Source: Pseudomonadota bacterium (lineage in GTDB: Bacteria > Bdellovibrionota_B > Oligoflexia > Oligoflexales > CAIYRB01). From it: DNA of 64,000 bases. The stretch lies in the NCBI GenBank assembly GCA_026390445.1, contig JAPLFX010000030.1, positions 2,999 through 66,998 of the forward strand, written 5' to 3'. A program made the translations under genes and the position numbers. Positions 59,263 through 64,000 of this stretch are shown here, in pieces; position 1 is the stretch's first letter; each line of letters begins with the position of its first letter. The notes below the pieces were generated by a model. That model worked only from the letters and a program-made list of their open reading frames with translations. It made no database searches and was not told the DNA's origin.

Positions 59263-60023
59263 AGCGGGCGTCCACACTGGTCCTGAGCGCTTTTTTAGCC
59301 AGTTTATCGGCCTTGCCAGGCCTGGCCGAAGAGGAGCCGGCTGACGACACGGTGATGGAAACCATCGCCGTACCAGAGGCTGCGCCCACCCGTCCTTCAG
59401 ACCATCCTTGGGAGCGTTTTGTGCGCGGGTTCCGTCGCGAACATCAATTCGCCTTGAGTCTGGGCTTAAGCCGAGGGCAGTGGCAGGTCCAGCGTTTTGG
59501 GGGCGACGCGGACGATCAGATCAAAGACCAAGGTTTTCGTTCCGCCGGAGCCTGGACCAAGTTTCAGTATAGCTACCATATTCAAATTTACCGTGGCTTT
59601 GGCTATCTGCTCGGCTCTTCGACCGGGTATCACTATGAGCATCCTCCGGCGCAGCAGACCTGGCAGCCGGTGCCCGGGGTCCAGTTTCCCGGCGTGCTGG
59701 CCGGGTTTGTCCTCAATATCAACCCGGTGTTGCGCCTGTCCACTGCGCTTGATGTCTACCTCGAGCGTTATAATCGGATCGTTCGACACCTGCCAAATAA
59801 GCCTGATACCTCCATCTCGGTTACCCTGCAGGCCTACGATCTCGGGTTTTTCGTCGATGTTTTTTATGAGTTAAATTGGGCGATCCGACTCGAAACTCAT
59901 GCGCGACAGCTTTACTATCTTCGGCCCAAGCGCCAAAACGGCGATCCTGACTTTCCCGTTGATGCGACCTTTCGCAAGGAGGACCGCTGGTTAGGCCTCG
60001 CTTTGGTCTTCCATTTATTGTAG
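59259..60023 (+). CDS. hypothetical exported protein (beta-rich, possibly outer membrane)
   Basis: The GTG at 59259 overlaps the trpF stop (GTGA). Signal peptide VKRASTLVLSAFLASLSALPGLA, aromatic-rich alternating segments. The ORF-track start at 59178 lies inside trpF. Confidence 0.5.
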   Translation: MKRASTLVLSAFLASLSALPGLAEEEPADDTVMETIAVPEAAPTRPSDHPWERFVRGFRREHQFALSLGLSRGQWQVQRFGGDADDQIKDQGFRSAGAWTKFQYSYHIQIYRGFGYLLGSSTGYHYEHPPAQQTWQPVPGVQFPGVLAGFVLNINPVLRLSTALDVYLERYNRIVRHLPNKPDTSISVTLQAYDLGFFVDVFYELNWAIRLETHARQLYYLRPKRQNGDPDFPVDATFRKEDRWLGLALVFHLL

Positions 60024-60095
60024 CCAGTGGGTGGCCTTGCTAAAGATTTTGGGGTCTTATGCCGATAAGCTGGAGAATCCTCGGGAGGGCGCAGC

Positions 60096-60311
60096 ATGGC
60101 AAAAAAAGGCGATGAATTGGAAAGTCAGATCGGACGGGTTAAAGCGCCAGTCAACCGAGGAACCCAGGATGAATTGGAAATCCTTCGGCTGATCGTGTCG
60201 TCGACGCCGACGGTGCGTACACTGGTGATGGACAAGCTGCGCTCGGCGAAAAGCCGTATCGTCAATCGGGAGGCTACGCGAGGTGCCGTGGAAAAGCGAC
60301 GTCCTGAATAA
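60096..60311 (+). CDS. small hypothetical protein (71 aa)
   Basis: ATG preceded by gggagg at 6 nt. Charged helical sequence. Overlaps the next ORF by 29 nt. Confidence 0.45.
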   Translation: MAKKGDELESQIGRVKAPVNRGTQDELEILRLIVSSTPTVRTLVMDKLRSAKSRIVNREATRGAVEKRRPE

Positions 60312-60933
60312 AAAAAGCCGATTGGGGCTTGGTGGCGCGGTCTTGGCCGCGCTTATTAGCTGCGTTCAGACACAATCCATGCCGGCAAGCGAGCTTAGCG
60401 AAGGTAGCTTGGTGGTCGTTGAGCGCAGCAAGGCTGAGCCGCCGGCATGGGTGACCCTGCAGCAGGGCCAAGTGATCGATACGCCGCGTGAGCTTCGCAT
60501 CATGACAGCCCGGACGAAGCTGCTTAATCTGCCGCTTGGACTGCGGCAAACCCAGCTGGTTGGAATGGACGTCGCTCGCTCGGCGCTTGCAGGGTGGCTC
60601 AAGCAGCAGCTTCAAGCCCTTGCGCCACAAGAGATGCCTGCCGCGCCAGGGGCGCAGCAGGAGCTGCAAAGGGTGCTTCTCGGGCTGATGGACGGCGCAG
60701 CAGGTAGCAGGCTAAAGATCAATGACCTTTACTACGAAGCGTTAAATAATCTCGATGCCCCCCCTGGGGATCTCATGGTGCATTTTTACGCGGTTTATAT
60801 CCTGGTCGCTTATCCGAAAGATAAACTACCGTTTCTATTTCATGATTTGGCGATTCGTCTGCGCACCTCGAAGGCTCCTGAGACGCAGCGCTTGGCGGGT
60901 TTGGCCAGCCAGCTTGAACACCGTGCTCCGTAG
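60283..60933 (+). CDS. hypothetical lipoprotein
   Basis: GTG start preceded by gggagg. KKSRLGLGGAVLAALISC signal plus lipobox. 216 aa, no family recognised. Confidence 0.55.
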   Translation: MPWKSDVLNKKSRLGLGGAVLAALISCVQTQSMPASELSEGSLVVVERSKAEPPAWVTLQQGQVIDTPRELRIMTARTKLLNLPLGLRQTQLVGMDVARSALAGWLKQQLQALAPQEMPAAPGAQQELQRVLLGLMDGAAGSRLKINDLYYEALNNLDAPPGDLMVHFYAVYILVAYPKDKLPFLFHDLAIRLRTSKAPETQRLAGLASQLEHRAP

Positions 60934-60972
60934 GAGTTTGGCCGGTTTTGGCCGGGCCGAATCCAATCGACC

Positions 60973-62754
60973 GTGGCAAGTGGCTTGGTGTATTCCGTAG
61001 GGGTGAGCAACCGAGACGATATACCTATGACGACCCATCTGCATCTACCTGGCTGGTGGGTCCGGGCTTTTGATGCCGCCGTCCTCGCCGAGGCGGAAGG
61101 TGGCGGAGCTATGCAACAAGCTCGGCTGGCTGGACTCATGCCAGCCCTCACGCCACTTGAGATGCATGCACTGGCTATGGTCCTCAGCAGCCTGCAAAGT
61201 CAGCTCTTAAACGGCAACGAAGGGCCGTTGAAAGTGCGGATCCAAGAGCACTTGAAGCACTTAAGCTCGGCGACTCGCAGTCGTCGTTTCCTCTTTGAAC
61301 GCTTGGTCCAGATGCTGGCCGGCCTGCGGATTTTGCGCGCGGCGGAGCAAATGGATTCGTGGTCCTCGTATGGCCCTTTTACCGGTGATGAGTGGCAGCT
61401 TGGTGATGGCGACGACGCCGCCGTGGCCCTTAGTCTTGCCCCGCTTGGCCCTGAGCTCATCCTCGGTTGGTCGGATAGTCATCATGATTTGGTGCGCTTT
61501 TTACAGGGTGCTCCCGAAGGGGTCGAGGTTTTAGGGCGGCAGTCGCCCCTGACGATCAGCCGCAGTCTTTGGCTCGAACTCCAAGGCGTCGAACAGTTGC
61601 TACACCTTCGCTTGGAGCGGGCGGTGCAGTGGGAATCACGGTGGCTGCAGCTTGAGGGGATCTTCGGCCTGCCGCTGGCCTCGCTGTTTCAAGGCACTGC
61701 CCCGCAGCGCAAACATTTAGTTGGCGGTGATCTGGCCCTACAGCTCAAGTGTTTGGCGCGGCTCGGACGCAAGCTAGTGGCGCACGGTGCCTTGCACGGC
61801 GCGGTTGCAAATCATTACCTCGCTATCGGTGATGACGCAGTTGGAGGCGTGACCTTAGTCTGGCAAGTCGCTGCGGAACGCTTGGATATGCTGGGTCAAT
61901 CGGCCCACGAACAAGCTGCTGCGGCGGCTCTAAGGCGGCGTCATCATGCTGCTATCACGCCATCACTGCTGCAGCTCTACCTGCCGGCGGAGGCTAGTGG
62001 CGAGCAGCGGCAAAAAGCCGCTCTGCTTGCGGAAAGGCTACTCGCGCCATCGTTTGACCGGTCGGAAACCTTCGTTCTGCGGCGCGGGCAGCTCCTTACC
62101 TCACCGGCCCTGTTTTTAGAAATCGCCCTACGTTCGCAGGCTGGAACGCCGTGGCCGCTACCTGAGTGCCTCCGCTCGCACCCGTTGACGGATCTAGCCA
62201 AGGCTGCGGCCGACGGCGAGTTGACCCAGCGTTTTGGCCAATTCCGGGCGATGTTGGCTGGCGATCCTGAGCTGAGTAGTGCACTGAGCGAGCTGCCATT
62301 TATGACCCTAGCCAGTGCTCAGACACGCCAGGACCGGAATTTTGTGCAGAAGGCGACGGAGTCGCTGCTGCCAAGAAGCTGGCAAAACGCTGCTGAAGCA
62401 CCGGTGGAAAGCGTTCGGCCACGCTTGATCGTGCCGCAGGAGACACCATCTGAAGACCTGGTTGCTGCCAAACGTGCGCCAGTGCAGCCGTCGGTATTCG
62501 CCTCCCGCATGCTGAAAACAGCCGCCGACGAGCTGGCGAAGATGCGCACTAGCGACCTTGTGCGCTACGATGAGATCAAGCGGGCTTACCTTCTAACCCT
62601 TGATGAGCCTAGCCGCAGACTGCTTTTAGACGTGCAAAAGCGTATCCAGCCAGCGATGTTCGAGGAGCAACTTAGGCCGCGGTTGGTGCGCTATATGGTC
62701 GACCATCCCGGTGCCTGGCGGTCGGCCGAGACGAGCAAAGCCAACAATCCGTGA
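60973..62754 (+). CDS. large hypothetical protein (about 575-593 aa), Leu/Ala/Arg-rich, no TM segment
   Basis: Long uninterrupted ORF with coding-like periodicity. The start is ambiguous (GTG 60973, GTG 61003 or ATG 61027). I recognised no motif. Confidence 0.55.
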   Translation: MASGLVYSVGVSNRDDIPMTTHLHLPGWWVRAFDAAVLAEAEGGGAMQQARLAGLMPALTPLEMHALAMVLSSLQSQLLNGNEGPLKVRIQEHLKHLSSATRSRRFLFERLVQMLAGLRILRAAEQMDSWSSYGPFTGDEWQLGDGDDAAVALSLAPLGPELILGWSDSHHDLVRFLQGAPEGVEVLGRQSPLTISRSLWLELQGVEQLLHLRLERAVQWESRWLQLEGIFGLPLASLFQGTAPQRKHLVGGDLALQLKCLARLGRKLVAHGALHGAVANHYLAIGDDAVGGVTLVWQVAAERLDMLGQSAHEQAAAAALRRRHHAAITPSLLQLYLPAEASGEQRQKAALLAERLLAPSFDRSETFVLRRGQLLTSPALFLEIALRSQAGTPWPLPECLRSHPLTDLAKAAADGELTQRFGQFRAMLAGDPELSSALSELPFMTLASAQTRQDRNFVQKATESLLPRSWQNAAEAPVESVRPRLIVPQETPSEDLVAAKRAPVQPSVFASRMLKTAADELAKMRTSDLVRYDEIKRAYLLTLDEPSRRLLLDVQKRIQPAMFEEQLRPRLVRYMVDHPGAWRSAETSKANNP

Positions 62755-62886
62755 CGTTTTCCTCAGCCGCTCTGGTTTAAACTCTAAAAAGTTTATGCGT
62801 TTGACGCTTGATTTTTCATATGTCGACGCCTAATCTTGAAGCCATAGAGTTGTGATTTTTTCCTGCATTACGGAGGGCCATCTTTC

Positions 62887-63315
62887 ATGGCGAAAAAGAC
62901 CAAGAAGCCAGTTAAGGCAACCGCGAAGAAGAAGACGACTGCCCATGCCGCCGCTCCTAAGGCGAGCAAACCAGCGAAAGTCATCGTGCCCCTGAGCAAG
63001 GTGCAACCCGCTGGCACGCCCCGCACAAAGAGCGAAATCCTCGGCGTTCTTGCTGAAACCACTGGTCTCAGCAAAAAAGACGTCAGCTCGGTGTTTGGCT
63101 CGCTCAGCGACCTCATCGGCAAAGACGTGGGCAAAAAAGGCTGCGGTCTGTTCACGGTCCCAGGACTGTTGAAAATCCGCCGCATCAATAAGCCTGCGAC
63201 CAAAGCCCGCAAAGGCATCAACCCGTTCACGGGTGAAGAGACGACCTTCAAGGCAAAGCCAGCGCGCAATGTCGTGAAAATCCGTCCCCTCAAAGCTTTG
63301 AAAGACATGGTCTAA
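62887..63315 (+). CDS. HU/IHF-family DNA-binding protein with lysine/alanine-rich N-terminal extension
   Basis: 142 aa. The first about 45 aa are MAKKTKKPVKATAKKKTTAHAAAPKASKPAKV.... They are followed by an HU fold (TKSEILGVLAETTGLSKKDVSSVFGSLSDLI..., beta-arm RKGINPFTGEETTFKAKP, VKIRPLKALKD). RBS ggaggg. Confidence 0.85.
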   Translation: MAKKTKKPVKATAKKKTTAHAAAPKASKPAKVIVPLSKVQPAGTPRTKSEILGVLAETTGLSKKDVSSVFGSLSDLIGKDVGKKGCGLFTVPGLLKIRRINKPATKARKGINPFTGEETTFKAKPARNVVKIRPLKALKDMV

Positions 63316-63357
63316 GACCAAGTCGCGCAGCCCTGCAATAGCGGGAAAGCGGATAGG

Positions 63358-63383
63358 CCGGGCCTCACAGGGCCCGGTTTTTT
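63358..63383 (+). terminator. rho-independent terminator after the HU gene
   Basis: CCGGGCC tcacag GGCCCGG followed by TTTTTT (63378-63383). Confidence 0.8.
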
Positions 63384-63423
63384 CATGCCCGCGGACTTCA
63401 ATGCTAGGGTTTCTGGAGCGGTA

Positions 63424-64000
63424 TTAGCCGCGCGGCGACAGGTGATCGCGTAAGGCGTCGCCAAGAAAATTCAGCGCTAGAACGAGTAGGGCGATGGCAA
63501 GGCCGGGAATCAGGCTTAAATAGGGCGCTTCGACGAGGACGCCGCGGCCCTGTCCAAGAATGGCGCCCCAGGTCGGTGCGCCGTCTTGGGCACCTAGCCC
63601 AAGGAAGCTTAGACTAGCTTCGACGATGATCACGCCGGCCAGCGAAAAGGTTGCGTGTACTAGCAGGGTGGCTAAGGTCCCCGGGAAGATGTGCTGCCAA
63701 ATGAGGCGTTGGTTGGTTGCCCCAAGCGCGGTACTTGCCGTGACGAACTCTCGCTCTTTCAGGGTTAGGGTTTGGCCGCGAATCAACCGCGCCGTACTGG
63801 TCCAGCCGGTGGCCGCAATGGCTAGGACGACATTGTTGCGGCTTGGTCCCATGAGCGCGGCCAGGGCCATGGCGAGAAGTATGCCGGGAAATGCCATCAA
63901 TAGGTCCACGGTGCGCATGATGAGGCCATCGACCCAGCCGCGCTTGAAGCCGGCCAAAAGCCCAAGCCAGGTGCCGATGCCGACGGACAGCGCCACGGTC
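63424..64000 (-). CDS. ABC transporter permease, Opp/Dpp C-type (5' end outside window)
   Basis: The ORF runs to the window edge. The C-terminal part shows a binding-protein-dependent transport inner-membrane pattern (EFVTASTALGATNQRLIWQHIFP, LSLIPGLAIALLVLALNFLGDALRD). Confidence 0.85.
   Translation of the reverse strand, partial: TVALSVGIGTWLGLLAGFKRGWVDGLIMRTVDLLMAFPGILLAMALAALMGPSRNNVVLAIAATGWTSTARLIRGQTLTLKEREFVTASTALGATNQRLIWQHIFPGTLATLLVHATFSLAGVIIVEASLSFLGLGAQDGAPTWGAILGQGRGVLVEAPYLSLIPGLAIALLVLALNFLGDALRDHLSPRG

Noticed and set aside
1-64000. Window-wide look for CRISPR arrays, rRNA genes, IS elements/transposases, reverse transcriptases, restriction-modification systems or large defence ATPases
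   Set aside because: I saw no repeat-spacer architecture, no rRNA-like sequence, no transposase or RT motifs, no terminal inverted repeats, and no helicase or methylase-type ORFs. The only recombinase-fold gene appears catalytically degenerate.

Overview
This looks like a chromosomal segment from a diderm (Gram-negative) bacterium. Lipobox lipoproteins, OMP-like proteins and Wza/PCP-type export genes support that; I cannot assign a taxon from the sequence alone. The core, about 9.0-26.5 kb, is the conserved translation/transcription block, all on the + strand: tRNA-Thr(UGU), tRNA-Tyr, tRNA-Gly, tRNA-Thr(GGU), tuf, tRNA-Trp, secE, nusG, rplK, rplA, rplJ, rplL, rpoB, rpoC, rpsL, rpsG, fusA, tRNA-Val. 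The left flank (1-9 kb) holds a 5'-truncated fadE-type acyl-CoA dehydrogenase, tadA, a Xer-like recombinase-fold gene whose catalytic residues look substituted, an NtrY-like sensor kinase operon, a DUF4388/PATAN-like protein and a SpoU/TrmH methyltransferase. The right flank (26.6-64 kb) looks accessory. It contains a sensor-less hybrid histidine kinase, a secreted homologue of the oomycete GP42 transglutaminase with a Pep-13-like motif, a KirBac-type K+ channel, a MarC-family protein and an 889-aa metzincin-like protease. It also contains a minus-strand block with GH5 mannanase-like and GH42 beta-galactosidase-like genes followed by polysaccharide export genes (PCP, Wzy-like, Wza/GumB-like). 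Further right are a three-gene signalling module (transmembrane HAMP/PAS/Hpt/CheA-core kinase, CheX-like, CheY-like), several CXXCH proteins, an exported flavin amine oxidase, a TARG1/DarG-like stand-alone macrodomain, TetR, galE, mtnC, ftsY, trpF, a three-gene operon of unknown function, an HU protein with a lysine-rich N-terminal tail, and a 5'-truncated ABC permease. I found no CRISPR array, rRNA gene, transposase or intact integrase. The best candidate for a new or poorly described system is the receptor-fused CheA-type kinase module at 43.4-47.1 kb. Second-tier candidates are the unknown operon at 60.1-62.8 kb, the degenerate recombinase, the GP42-like protein and the pseudo-kinase PCP. 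All family assignments come from motifs read by eye and recalled family knowledge. No database search or computation was run.
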